Origin: a virus
Lineage: Duplodnaviria; Caudoviricetes
Length of the DNA: 49,450 nt
Strand: one strand, 5' to 3'
Virus record (IMG/VR): IMGVR_UViG_3300010362_000024
Coordinates: 1-49,450 of that record
Part shown: piece by piece, positions 18,279-27,825 of the stretch
How positions within the stretch are numbered: the stretch's first letter is position 1
How the letters are laid out: every line of letters begins with the position of its first letter
Made by a program: the position numbers and the translations under genes
Notes under the pieces: model-generated
What the model was told of the DNA's origin: nothing
What the model saw: only the letters and a program-made list of their open reading frames with translations
The model's database searches: none

Positions 18279-18520
18279 GCAGGATCTTCACGAATACGGT
18301 ACAACGGCTCGATGTGAGTGATTTGCGGAACATGCGCATGGCCTATGGTAGCATTTGGTGCGCAGACATCGGAGTGCTCTGCTGCGAATGTGACAATGAA
18401 GCCGCCGATGGGCAGACCATCAAGGCGCGGCACGCTCACATCACCATGCCTGTACAGCAAGAGTACCGTCCAGTCACTGCGCTCAATGATCTCCTTGGGC
18501 GTTCCACTGAGCCAGTTCAC
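18257..18520 (-). CDS. Hypothetical protein
   Basis: 87 aa; GTGA overlap with the ThyX-like stop. Confidence 0.5.
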   Translation of the reverse strand: MNWLSGTPKEIIERSDWTVLLLYRHGDVSVPRLDGLPIGGFIVTFAAEHSDVCAPNATIGHAHVPQITHIEPLYRIREDPAWRSIQG

Positions 18521-19437
18521 TTGTCACCTCGCGTCTTGATCCGATGTACTTGCGGCTGGAACACGCGGTTCTCATAGTGTGCCCAAGGGAAGTCACAACC
18601 TTCCTCGACATCCTCCCAGCCCTGGAAGGTGCACTTGTGACCTCCATACTGTTCAGGTCCAGCGGTTGTTTCGCAACTGATCTTGATGTACGGCTTCAAC
18701 CAGGGGTGCGCCTCACCCAAGAGCCGCCCCATCTCCCTGACCACATGGCAAATCTCCCACTGGAACATCGAACAGGCGCGGTACGCATACACAGCAAGAA
18801 ACTCACGTACAGGGTACTCGCACATGATGTAGGTTTCAGTGCCGATGGGCAAGGCATAGCGGGCATCCTGGTATGAGACATCCTCCTCACAGGCAATGCG
18901 ATAGGCATCGTGCGTGGCCTTGATTGCGACCTCAAATGCCTCACGAGCGCGAGCATTCTTGAAGATGCTCGCAGGCATACGGACATCAGGGTGTATGCCC
19001 ATAAACGAGGCTCGCATTGACTGCTGGTGGAAGGCAGCCTTGCGCGTCCTCACCAACTGATGCGTGGTCGCACGAGCCACTCCAAAGACTTCAAAGATGA
19101 CCATCTGCGACTCCAACGCGGTCTGGAGTCCACCCTTGAGCATTTCTTCCCAATCACTGGTGTCCACCTTGCCGGCCTCAGGCAAACCAATCGTTGCCCT
19201 CTGCGCTCGACTCAGGGTTGACTTGAACGCGGCCTCATCAATACCTTGTACAAGTCTGACCTCAATGTTGTCGAGTCCCACATCAACCATACCGGTGTCA
19301 TATGGTGAGTAGTGCTTTCCATCATTGAGGGAATGCTTGTTGAAAGCCTTGTCCCGCAACAAGTAGTTGCTATCCTCACTCCCCACCGGGCGCGAGTAGT
19401 GGTAGTCATCCATGTTGCTGTCCTTCAATGTTGCCAT
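18517..19437 (-). CDS. thyX: ThyX-like flavin-dependent thymidylate synthase (variant motif)
   Basis: 'GVARATTHQLVRTRKAAFHQQSMR' (RHR-x7-S variant), 'QDARYALP', 'QWEI'; GGAGG RBS 8 nt before ATG 19437. Confidence 0.75.
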   Translation of the reverse strand: MATLKDSNMDDYHYSRPVGSEDSNYLLRDKAFNKHSLNDGKHYSPYDTGMVDVGLDNIEVRLVQGIDEAAFKSTLSRAQRATIGLPEAGKVDTSDWEEMLKGGLQTALESQMVIFEVFGVARATTHQLVRTRKAAFHQQSMRASFMGIHPDVRMPASIFKNARAREAFEVAIKATHDAYRIACEEDVSYQDARYALPIGTETYIMCEYPVREFLAVYAYRACSMFQWEICHVVREMGRLLGEAHPWLKPYIKISCETTAGPEQYGGHKCTFQGWEDVEEGCDFPWAHYENRVFQPQVHRIKTRGDK

Positions 19438-19439
19438 GT

Positions 19440-19563
19440 TCATACCTCCCAAGGTACGCGGATGAAGGGACGACCACAGTCGTCAATCGGGCACCCCTGG
19501 ATGTGCCACACGATGTGAATCATCCAAATGATGCGAACGTACACTTCCATTCTTGCTTCCATT
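19440..19563 (-). CDS. Possible small hypothetical protein (~40 aa)
   Basis: MEARMEVYVRIIWMIHIVWHIQGCPIDDCGRPFIRVPWEV after a purine-rich RBS; coordinates approximate. Confidence 0.3.
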
Positions 19564-19667
19564 CCTTCCTTCCTTTCTGGGGCGAGCCTACCGCGCCGAC
19601 GCCCCGTGCGGTGCGGTTGCAGTGGGCTCTCACGCTTTGCACGCCTGCACCCCGCACCGTCGCCGCG

Positions 19668-19943
19668 CTAGTCGGGAATCTTGCGGTTTGTGTCCCATGA
19701 TATCGATGCTTGTTCACTGAAGTAGTCTGCGATTGCCCGCAATGACTTCCACTGCTCTCCATCAGACGCGATCAACTCCAGTGCAATCGCAATGGAGTTT
19801 GCGTATGAGTCGAGAGCAGGCGGCGCAAAGACATCCTGGAGTCGTATGACAACGGCATCCATCACTTCCTGGTCAACCTTGAATGTAACGTACCCATCAG
19901 TCACACTGATGGCATCGTGGAACTTGAACACTCGATACTTCAT
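19668..19943 (-). CDS. Hypothetical protein
   Basis: 91 aa, ATGA-coupled to dnaE; 'VVIRLQDVFAPPALDSYA' motif. Confidence 0.65.
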   Translation of the reverse strand: MKYRVFKFHDAISVTDGYVTFKVDQEVMDAVVIRLQDVFAPPALDSYANSIAIALELIASDGEQWKSLRAIADYFSEQASISWDTNRKIPD

Positions 19944-22900
19944 TCATCCTCCTCAGGGTCAATGACCCACATGTTGCGAACGTACAAAGCACGCCTGGCC
20001 TGATAACCCTTCTTCACTCCTTCCACAAGAACGAGGTCACGATCCAACTCAATGGACCAAACCATCTTCTTGAAGGCAGGGTACTTGTACCGGTCAACCG
20101 TGACACTCATCTGCTCTGTCTCATCCTCGCCAAACATGATCACCCACTCAGCCAACTCTGGGTGCTTCACTGTCGACATGTCCAGAGCCTCACCAGTCTT
20201 GGCGAAGTTGATCTCGAACAAGTCACGAACGTTGCGGCTGTGAATGGTACCAATCCAGATGCAGTAGGTGTCCTGCCCACGGTCCATTGGTACATCTACC
20301 GTCTTGTGAGTGGGGATGGGTAGCCTGCCGAGACGCCCACGCCGCAGCAACCTCGTAACATTCGCAATGTTCTTCTCCAACGTGAAGATGTCAAATGGAT
20401 CCTCACGCTCGCAGAATGACTCCATTGCGGCCACTGTCTTCCGCCCAACACGAGGTACATAGACCATGTCATCCCAGCCATCAAAGCCGCCCATCTCATC
20501 GCGAGTCCTCACAATGCTCGCTGAGACCTTCTTGCCGACACGAGGTATCTGCTCAAAGCCAGCGAGGATGTCACGCCGTCCAGCAGGACGCCAGGTGGCA
20601 TCACTCTCGTTGTAGTGAGGAGCACGGATCGTGATCCCGTGATTGACAGCATCACGCAGCAACTGCTTCTGCTTTGCCTTCAACTTCTGGAGCGCAGCGG
20701 TGAAGAATGCTTGCGGGTGGTTCTGCTTGAACCACATCGTCCAGAAGCCAAGCATGCCGTATGACACGCTATGGGCAGCATTGAAGGCATACGCACCAGC
20801 GGTGATACATGCACCCCATATCTTGTCGATGGTTGCCTCATCCATCCCCTGCTGACTCGCCCCAAGCACGAACGCATCCTTCTGCCGATTGAACTCTTGC
20901 TCACCGATCTTGCGGCTGATGATCCGGCGGATGTACGAGGCATGCGTCCAGTCAAAGCCGCCGATCTCACGGACAATCCTCAGGATTTGCTCTTGGTAGA
21001 TGATCTGCCCGTAGGTATTCGCCACAATGGGATCAAGCAGAGGGTGCTTCAATGAAGGCTGACGCTGGCCGCGCCGTACCTCTACATACTCAGCCGTAGC
21101 ATTGCTGTGGAGAGGTCCAGGCCGGGCCAGTGCATTCACGTCGCACACTTCATTGAAGTTCGTGGGCTTGAGTTGTCCGTTGACGAGTCTCATCGCCCAC
21201 CCATCGAACTGGAAGATGCCAACGCAATCGTTGTTGTAGAAGCCCTTGAGCGTCACTTCATCGTCCAAAGGGATCGTGTAGACATCATCCAGACTCATGT
21301 TGAGCATCTCAGTCATGAGTCGAATCATGCCCATGTTGGCAAGGCCAAGCAGGTCCACCTTGAGCAGATTGTGTTCCTCTGCGTCATACTTGTCCCATGA
21401 GATGACCTCCATCGGCAGACCTTCCTCATCAAGCCTGATCCTGCCCTTGGGGTCTGTCCTCACATACACCGCGCAGACATCACGAATCGGCTCAGTCGCA
21501 ACCACCAGACCAGCCGCATGAATGCCCATGCCCTTGACGTTGCCCTCCAGCGCCGTCGCACGCCACAACTCTGGATACTGCTCAAACACCTCACTCGCTT
21601 GCTCATACTGCTCCACGGTGTCCTCAATGGTTGCGCTCGCACGCAAGTCACCGCTGGACCGCTCGATGAGCATTTCCTTGACCTTCTCCACCTCCCAGCG
21701 CGGTATGCCGTAGACATACGCAATGTCATCCAGAGCGTTGCGTGCCTTGTAGGTTGTGAAGGTGCCGATCTTGCCGACATACTCTCGCCCATACTTCTGT
21801 GCGGCATATTCAAACACCTCATGCCGGCGTTCATCGTCGAAGTCCAGGTCAATGTCAGGCAAGTCATCACGGGTGTAGTCAATGAACCGCTCAAAGATGA
21901 GGTTGGGGAACAACATCGGGTCAACCTCAGTGATGCGCAAGAGGTAGCAAACGAGCGAGGCCGCCGCGCTGCCGCGCGCCGGTCCAACAGGAATGTTCCT
22001 GTCCTTGGCAAACTTGACGAGGTCAGACACAACCAAGAAGTAGTCAACAAATCCCTTGGACTCGATGATGTTCAGTTCCTTCTTGACCTGCGCGACATAG
22101 CGCGCCTTGTCCTTCTTGTCACCAATCCGCCGGAAGTCCCAACCCTCCCGCAGCCACTGCTTCCACAACACCTCACGATCCATGCCGGCCGGCAGAGGGT
22201 ACTCAATGGGCGCCATCGCAGGTACATCAACCTCAAGCGCCGCAGCAATCAGCGCCGTGTTCGCTCGTGCCTCAAGCGCGGCCCTGTGTGACAAGCCAGT
22301 ACCTCGCAGTCGCTCATAGACGATTTGATCGTCGAGCGGCGGCGCCAGTTTGACATCATATGACCAACTCTGCGCCAACTGTTCGAGGCTCTTGTGACGC
22401 CCAACCGAGTGAAGCACTTGCTGAATTTCGGACTCGTCAGGCATCGTGTAGTGACAGTCGCCACTGGCCACGAGCGGTATATGGCAACGACGACTGATGC
22501 GTTCCAGAGCCTGATTGATGGATCGAACACTCTCCAACTCAGGGAACATCTGTACTTCCAGAAAGTAGTTGTCACCAAATACTCTCTTGAACCGTCGAGC
22601 CACTTCCGTGCCACGGGCCTCACTTGCATCCTCAGGCGCGATGTTCTTTCCACCCACAAGTGAAGTCGCAAGCAACGAGCCGGTGCAACCTGAGAGGATG
22701 ACAAGACCTTCCTTGTATTTGTTGAGGACTGGTCCACTGACTGTTGGCTCATAGTAGAAGTCACTCCATCCTTGTGACACAACTCGCAGCAAGTTGCGGT
22801 ACCCAACAGGACTCTGCGCCAGCACAGTCAAGTGGTTCTTGCGCTGCGTGCGCTCGTTAATGTCTACCTGACCGCAGTACAGTTCGCAGCCAAACAGAGG

Positions 22901-23173
22901 CTTGACACCGAACGTCTTTGCGGCTTTGCTCAACTTCGCATGACTCGACACATTGCCATGTTCGGTCAACGCAAGCGCGCTCATCCCCAGTTCTGCTGCC
23001 CGGCGGATATGAGCACTCGGCAGGCCAAAGCCGTCAAGGTATGAGTATGTCGAGTGGTGATGAAGGCTGACATACTCCATGCCGAGGTCAGGACGGATGA
23101 GGTCTGCCGCAGTTGCCTCATATGTCTTCCCGCCCCATGAGGCTTCCAACCCGCCACGTTGTATCTCAGGCAT
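19940..23173 (-). CDS. dnaE: DNA polymerase III alpha subunit (DnaE-type)
   Basis: PHP motifs 'SLHHHSTYSYLDG' and 'ALTEHG'; 'GPARGSAAASLV'; catalytic 'PDIDLDF'; 'HAAG'; 'KVDLLGL'; 'YQEQ'; 'YAFNAAHS'. Confidence 0.95.
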   Translation of the reverse strand: MPEIQRGGLEASWGGKTYEATAADLIRPDLGMEYVSLHHHSTYSYLDGFGLPSAHIRRAAELGMSALALTEHGNVSSHAKLSKAAKTFGVKPLFGCELYCGQVDINERTQRKNHLTVLAQSPVGYRNLLRVVSQGWSDFYYEPTVSGPVLNKYKEGLVILSGCTGSLLATSLVGGKNIAPEDASEARGTEVARRFKRVFGDNYFLEVQMFPELESVRSINQALERISRRCHIPLVASGDCHYTMPDESEIQQVLHSVGRHKSLEQLAQSWSYDVKLAPPLDDQIVYERLRGTGLSHRAALEARANTALIAAALEVDVPAMAPIEYPLPAGMDREVLWKQWLREGWDFRRIGDKKDKARYVAQVKKELNIIESKGFVDYFLVVSDLVKFAKDRNIPVGPARGSAAASLVCYLLRITEVDPMLFPNLIFERFIDYTRDDLPDIDLDFDDERRHEVFEYAAQKYGREYVGKIGTFTTYKARNALDDIAYVYGIPRWEVEKVKEMLIERSSGDLRASATIEDTVEQYEQASEVFEQYPELWRATALEGNVKGMGIHAAGLVVATEPIRDVCAVYVRTDPKGRIRLDEEGLPMEVISWDKYDAEEHNLLKVDLLGLANMGMIRLMTEMLNMSLDDVYTIPLDDEVTLKGFYNNDCVGIFQFDGWAMRLVNGQLKPTNFNEVCDVNALARPGPLHSNATAEYVEVRRGQRQPSLKHPLLDPIVANTYGQIIYQEQILRIVREIGGFDWTHASYIRRIISRKIGEQEFNRQKDAFVLGASQQGMDEATIDKIWGACITAGAYAFNAAHSVSYGMLGFWTMWFKQNHPQAFFTAALQKLKAKQKQLLRDAVNHGITIRAPHYNESDATWRPAGRRDILAGFEQIPRVGKKVSASIVRTRDEMGGFDGWDDMVYVPRVGRKTVAAMESFCEREDPFDIFTLEKNIANVTRLLRRGRLGRLPIPTHKTVDVPMDRGQDTYCIWIGTIHSRNVRDLFEINFAKTGEALDMSTVKHPELAEWVIMFGEDETEQMSVTVDRYKYPAFKKMVWSIELDRDLVLVEGVKKGYQARRALYVRNMWVIDPEEDE

Positions 23174-23483
23174 CAAGCACTCCCCATCTGGTGATCCTGT
23201 AGAATGGAATGTCCTTCATTGCCGCTTTGTCAGCCATCTTCTGCTCACCCTTGCCGAAGATGATCAACATGTGCGGACGATACGGGGCCGAGCGTACTAC
23301 CTCACAACGATGGCGAGCATCTGCAACAGCCCGCACCGCTTCGACGCGCGTCACCACCACCAATCGCTCTGCACCAAACGTCAGCATTGACTCCAATCCG
23401 CCGAGCAAGACATCAATCATGTAGGTGTCCTGCGTGTCACCAGCGATCACCACAATGGTGTCAGTCACGACCTGCCCAACCAT
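23166..23483 (-). CDS. Hypothetical protein
   Basis: 105 aa in the gene chain. Confidence 0.5.
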   Translation of the reverse strand: MVGQVVTDTIVVIAGDTQDTYMIDVLLGGLESMLTFGAERLVVVTRVEAVRAVADARHRCEVVRSAPYRPHMLIIFGKGEQKMADKAAMKDIPFYRITRWGVLDA

Positions 23484-23835
23484 GAGGAAACAACTTGCCT
23501 TCCGTCAGATCAGGCATCGGCTGCAAGTCCAACTGTGCGTCGCGGTGGCCCTCTTGCTCCAGGCAGAACAGCATCAGCAGGCAATGACCGATCAGGTCCT
23601 GCACAATCTCATACGGCTGCTCGCCGATCAGTTGGCGATCCTGCCATATGGCGTTGTACAACTTCCAGAACTTCTTGTTGATCTCTGCGAACTGACCTTT
23701 GCTCCCCAACAGCAAGAAGTGAGGCGCGCCCGAATGGTCCTGGGCCTTGACTCTGAACTTCTCAACCGCGTCTGGCGCGATGAAGTTCATGATTCGTTGG
23801 TATGCCTCTGTGGTGTCGTCCATCGTTGCTCCCAT
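23461..23835 (-). CDS. DUF1599 / nucleotide-modification-associated domain-like protein
   Basis: 'KFRVKAQDH...LGSKGQFAEINKKFWKL...DLIGHCLL' all-helical MazG-related pattern. Confidence 0.55.
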   Translation of the reverse strand: MGATMDDTTEAYQRIMNFIAPDAVEKFRVKAQDHSGAPHFLLLGSKGQFAEINKKFWKLYNAIWQDRQLIGEQPYEIVQDLIGHCLLMLFCLEQEGHRDAQLDLQPMPDLTEGKLFPHGWAGRD

Positions 23836-24452
23836 TCGTGTTTCGCTTCCAACATCAACTTCTCAAAGCCATCGAGAGTTGTTGCTGGATATCGTTGCGC
23901 ATTCTTGTCTCGGTTGTGCTTGTTCATCCTCATCAGTACCGGCAGCCCCAGCACACGGGCCGCATCGAACTGGTCAGGTAGGTCCTCAAGCACGCCGATG
24001 ATTCGGTCCAATTCAACGTTCTTGAGCAGCATGCCATACTTGTCTTCGGTGCCGTACATCAGGTAGTCATATGTGATCTCGTTGCGCTCCAACCACCACC
24101 TTGTGTCTGGGTCGATGTTGTCCATACGCAACCATGGGCGGGTCGTCACGAGCCACAACTCGATGTCATGGCGCACTATGGCAGAGGTCATTGCCTGGGC
24201 ACCGTTGTACACCGGCATCCAACGCTTCAAACCTCCCTGGCGGTACGCAAGTTTGGCTTCGCGGTATTGCGACTTGGTGATGCCGATCCAGTCTTCAAAC
24301 TCACCGCTGCCGTCCCACTGGTCATTGCGTGATGTCAGACCCCAATACCGTCGGCAGAAGCGGTAGAAGTGCGCATGGTAGTTGCCGATGGTGCCATCGA
24401 TGTCCACGACTGCGACCGGCTTGATGAGCGCGCTACACGATGAACACTTCAC
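23787..24452 (-). CDS. HAD-superfamily 5'(3')-nucleotidase-like phosphatase
   Basis: Motif I 'DIDGT', motif II 'VTTRP', motif IV 'LEDLP'; GTGA overlap start. Confidence 0.8.
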   Translation of the reverse strand: MKCSSCSALIKPVAVVDIDGTIGNYHAHFYRFCRRYWGLTSRNDQWDGSGEFEDWIGITKSQYREAKLAYRQGGLKRWMPVYNGAQAMTSAIVRHDIELWLVTTRPWLRMDNIDPDTRWWLERNEITYDYLMYGTEDKYGMLLKNVELDRIIGVLEDLPDQFDAARVLGLPVLMRMNKHNRDKNAQRYPATTLDGFEKLMLEAKHEWEQRWTTPQRHTNES

Positions 24453-25219
24453 TTCAGCAACTCCCTGGCCTTCAGGTACGCATGGTGCGTCAGCACGCCC
24501 TTGCGCCACTCACCACGCCGTCCCACGAGCACGACATTGGTGTCATCCCAGCAGTTGCAACTCGTGCTGATCGGCTTGCGATCAGTGATCAACTCTGGGT
24601 ATGGAGGCTTGGTCCTACCACTCCATTCCGTGCCATGAACACCAAACAAGTTCGATGTCCGATACCAGGACCGCAGCCAGGTGCCATCCCAAATGATGGT
24701 GTTGTCTGGCACGTAGTCATGAACATCAGGGTCGGTACTGATGTAGATGTCCTGTGTGTGGAACTGATGTAGCCATGGCGAGCGGCAAATGAACTTGAGC
24801 GGCACCGTCGAGAAGACATGGTGGAAGTCACTCTTGATGTCATCCAACCAGTCAGGGCCGGCACGCACCTCATTCAGGTGCGTCGCACTGAACGTCAACC
24901 ACAGCCGCTCATAGGCATCCCGCAGACTCCACGCATCCTGGTCCTCACGCTTGACACCAAACGACACGAATGGCACTCGTGTTTGACCGTAAACCTTGTG
25001 CCTGTACGTGTCTGCATCGCCGCGGTAGATGTACTGGATGGTGGCCTCTGGCTCTTGCTGGGTGATGCCGGGGATGGCCATATGGAGGTATTGCGCACCA
25101 CCCAACACGCTCATCTTGTCGTGTTCGCTGAAGATGGTGACTGCTGCTCTTGACTCCAATGCTGCCCATGCCGTGAGCAGACCTGCCGGTCCACAGCCAA
25201 TGATTGCGACTTGTAGCAT
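24449..25219 (-). CDS. FAD/NAD(P)-binding oxidoreductase
   Basis: Rossmann motif 'VAIIGCGPAGL', 'GGAQYLH', C-terminal 'VGRRGEW'. Confidence 0.75.
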   Translation of the reverse strand: MLQVAIIGCGPAGLLTAWAALESRAAVTIFSEHDKMSVLGGAQYLHMAIPGITQQEPEATIQYIYRGDADTYRHKVYGQTRVPFVSFGVKREDQDAWSLRDAYERLWLTFSATHLNEVRAGPDWLDDIKSDFHHVFSTVPLKFICRSPWLHQFHTQDIYISTDPDVHDYVPDNTIIWDGTWLRSWYRTSNLFGVHGTEWSGRTKPPYPELITDRKPISTSCNCWDDTNVVLVGRRGEWRKGVLTHHAYLKARELLK

Positions 25220-25524
25220 CAGGCATACCTCGGGAAGTCGTCTGAATTGCGCTTGTAGTCATCCAACTCCCACTGCGTTTGACGAGCAGCGGCAGAGAAT
25301 GCGATCGGCTCCACTTGCGCCTCACGCTGAGCAAACTTGGCAATGTGCTCTTGCAGCGCGGCGTTGTCATCGAAATACCAATAGACGTTGCGACCAGTGT
25401 GGCCCAAGTCCTGGTGATAGATGCGCTGTACCGCAAGATACGCGACCAACACATGGTCACTGGTTCGGTACCTTGGCTTTCTCTTGCCAAACTTTCCTGT
25501 TGTTTCCGTCATGGTTTCTCCCAT
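25219..25524 (-). CDS. Hypothetical protein
   Basis: 101 aa, TGATG-coupled to the oxidoreductase; start may be 25512. Confidence 0.6.
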   Translation of the reverse strand: MGETMTETTGKFGKRKPRYRTSDHVLVAYLAVQRIYHQDLGHTGRNVYWYFDDNAALQEHIAKFAQREAQVEPIAFSAAARQTQWELDDYKRNSDDFPRYA

Positions 25525-25583
25525 TGGTGCCAGGCCGGACAGCAGTACGGAGAACCGCTGCCCGACCTGGCGATCACACGAGG

Positions 25584-26501
25584 CTAGAAGGGCTCCTCAT
25601 CTTCATCAGGAGCCTGCTGCGCCTCAAGGATGGCGTCGATGACCTCGCTGCGCTTCATGCCGGCAGGAGTGATGTCGAAGTCTCGCGCTGTCTGCGCAAG
25701 TTCGGTGCGGTCCATGGCGGTCAGTTGGTCACGGGTGAGGTACTCTGCCTCATCCTCATCCTCCATGACCTCTTCTTCATCCTCCATGACTTCATCGTCT
25801 TCAAGCACTTCCTCCTCAACGGCTTCAGACTCTGCCTCGACGATGGCATCCACGAGGGTGGACTTGGTGAGGCCGCCCAACTTGATGCCGTACTCCTTGC
25901 CAATGGCCTTCAACTCTGCCACTGACATCTGAGCCAACTCGCCCATGCGAGCCTCAGCATCGAATGCCTCTTCCTCATCCTCCAGCACCTCATCCTCTTC
26001 CATGACGTCCTCATCCTCTTCCATGAGTTCGTCATCAGAGGTGGCTACTTCATCCTCGCCATCATCAGGGAACACCGAGCCATACTCGGCGCGATAGTCC
26101 CCATTCTGGTTGCTGCCACCGCGGACACGCAACTTGACGGTCTTGCCCTTGAGCACCTTGTCGGTGTCCAACTCACCCTTGCGGTTCTTCTTGCCGTCGG
26201 TGAAGCCCACTGCCTGCAGCAGTTGATCGAACTTCTGGTTGCTGAAGTCGTTCTCAGATGCCGACCCAGGCAGCGGGATGTACAGCCACAACTGCGCACC
26301 CTTGTGCTTCTCATCGAGACACGAGAAGATGACCTCCAGGCGTGGCCGGCTCTTGTCCTCGTTGCCACCTTCCTTGGCGAATCCAGCGTTGGTCTCGCTG
26401 ATCAGGAAGCGATAGATGCCCGGCTTGGGCGGCTCCATCGTCCCAACAGCGCGTGCTGACTCTGGGTCAGACTTGGTGATGTCGTACTTGACCTTGACCA
26501 C
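25584..26501 (-). CDS. DUF669-like ssDNA-binding protein with an acidic tail and two Rho-N/HEH-like repeats
   Basis: 'EPPKPGIYRF' OB-fold start; follows the Sak4-like ATPase; Glu/Asp-rich linkers; repeats 'MSVAELKAIGKEYGI...KSTLVDAI' and 'MDRTELAQTARDFDI...RSEVIDAI'. Confidence 0.65.
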   Translation of the reverse strand: MVKVKYDITKSDPESARAVGTMEPPKPGIYRFLISETNAGFAKEGGNEDKSRPRLEVIFSCLDEKHKGAQLWLYIPLPGSASENDFSNQKFDQLLQAVGFTDGKKNRKGELDTDKVLKGKTVKLRVRGGSNQNGDYRAEYGSVFPDDGEDEVATSDDELMEEDEDVMEEDEVLEDEEEAFDAEARMGELAQMSVAELKAIGKEYGIKLGGLTKSTLVDAIVEAESEAVEEEVLEDDEVMEDEEEVMEDEDEAEYLTRDQLTAMDRTELAQTARDFDITPAGMKRSEVIDAILEAQQAPDEDEEPF

Positions 26502-27260
26502 TTATGCCTTTGCCTTTCTTGTTGTTGTTGACCGAACTACCTTCAGGTTTGGTCTCGTTGCTTCCTTCACCTTCCTTTCAATCATGGGGATCGAAGGATT
26601 GATCAACCCAGCACCGAGCGCGCCGAACCTATCGCGCGCATAGAAGTCCTCAGTGAGGCGGGTGTACAAGCGGTGCTTCTGATCATTGCCGACCTTCATG
26701 TAGCCGATAATGTTCATGTAGCCACACACCGTATTCGGCATGTTCTTGCCCTGGATCCATGGCCACATACGGGTGATCTCTGTGACAGGGTCCGCCCAAC
26801 GAAACGGATGGGCAGTGATCCCGAAGTTGAAATCTAGTGCGCTCATGTGTCTCACCCACTGCTTGATGCGCACCATGTTCTGTTGGTACTCACCCTGATC
26901 AGCCGCCCATACCTTCCTGTGCCGCTTGTTCTGGTTGACAATCAAGTCAACCATGATGCCCTCAAGCAACTTCTCCTGACCGATGGATACACCGTCGAGC
27001 CACACCCATTTGTACCCATGGTTGGGATCATGCCGGAGGTACTCGTACACCTCATCCAGTGTTGGCCAATCCTCTGCCTCCCATATCTCAGCCTTGGAGT
27101 TGACGGCACTCTCCGCGCCACCGTCCATATCGATGATCAGCGTGCGCTCACCAGTGGCAAGGAACGGTGTCTTGCCGCTGCCTGGATCACCATACAGCAA
27201 GAAGTTGATGCCACGGTTGGCCGATCTTGATGCTGGGCGGATGATGCTAGGCTTGCTCAT
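26502..27260 (-). CDS. Sak4-like / AAA_24 ATPase (recombinase)
   Basis: 'LLYGDPGSGKT', 'VWLDG', 'GITAH', 'ARDR'. Confidence 0.8.
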   Translation of the reverse strand: MSKPSIIRPASRSANRGINFLLYGDPGSGKTPFLATGERTLIIDMDGGAESAVNSKAEIWEAEDWPTLDEVYEYLRHDPNHGYKWVWLDGVSIGQEKLLEGIMVDLIVNQNKRHRKVWAADQGEYQQNMVRIKQWVRHMSALDFNFGITAHPFRWADPVTEITRMWPWIQGKNMPNTVCGYMNIIGYMKVGNDQKHRLYTRLTEDFYARDRFGALGAGLINPSIPMIERKVKEATRPNLKVVRSTTTRKAKA

Positions 27261-27490
27261 GTTGCATGCTCCCTTGGATGACCAGCAGGCAGCACACAAT
27301 CCACCTTCTCGCAATGCCGCCATGTACCGCGGAAGTTGCGCCTGTCACCCTCAGTCCAATGGATGACAGTCTCTGACCCTGGATAGGCATAGCCCCGCAA
27401 TGTCGACTCATGCTGCCTGTGGTGACCAGTCAATTCACACGTCAACTCCGTGTCGTCCGTGAATGGACGTATCTTTGCTCTACAACGCAT
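27257..27490 (-). CDS. Hypothetical Cys/His protein
   Basis: 77 aa with 'C..L..GH...H' repeated twice. Confidence 0.55.
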   Translation of the reverse strand: MRCRAKIRPFTDDTELTCELTGHHRQHESTLRGYAYPGSETVIHWTEGDRRNFRGTWRHCEKVDCVLPAGHPREHAT

Positions 27491-27734
27491 CGAGTGTCAC
27501 CGTCCCGATCAGCAGACCAAGCCCATGGTTGCCTTGAAGGTGATGTTTACGTATCATCTCCGCATGATCGAAGCCAAGACGCAGAGGCATGAGGATGGTC
27601 AGTCCGCACACCTCACAAGTGGCCCCCATCATGTTGCGCGGCACCTTGCGTACAACACCGGCAGACGCATACTTGTCGCCAGGCTGCAGGACTCGTGCCG
27701 TCATCGGCCTGTTGTTGGTGTAGATGTGTTCCAA
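27480..27734 (-). CDS. Hypothetical protein (CxxC...H)
   Basis: 84 aa in the gene chain; GGAGG RBS. Confidence 0.5.
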   Translation of the reverse strand: MEHIYTNNRPMTARVLQPGDKYASAGVVRKVPRNMMGATCEVCGLTILMPLRLGFDHAEMIRKHHLQGNHGLGLLIGTVTLDAL

Positions 27735-27825
27735 TCAAGCCTCCCTCATCCGACTAGCACCCAGACGATGCCAACCGCGATCACCGACAACACTACCGTC
27801 AACCAGAAGTACCTCCATCTCTCAC

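Noticed and set aside
19940-23173. Intein or intron in dnaE (or in terL)
   Set aside because: Lengths are normal and the motifs contiguous; no C...HN splice motifs or LAGLIDADG/HNH inserts seen.
25525-25583. Long intergenic hairpin after the SSB-like gene as another ribozyme
   Set aside because: A simple stem-loop (GCCAGG...CCTGGC) with no recognisable catalytic core; at most a terminator or processing hairpin.
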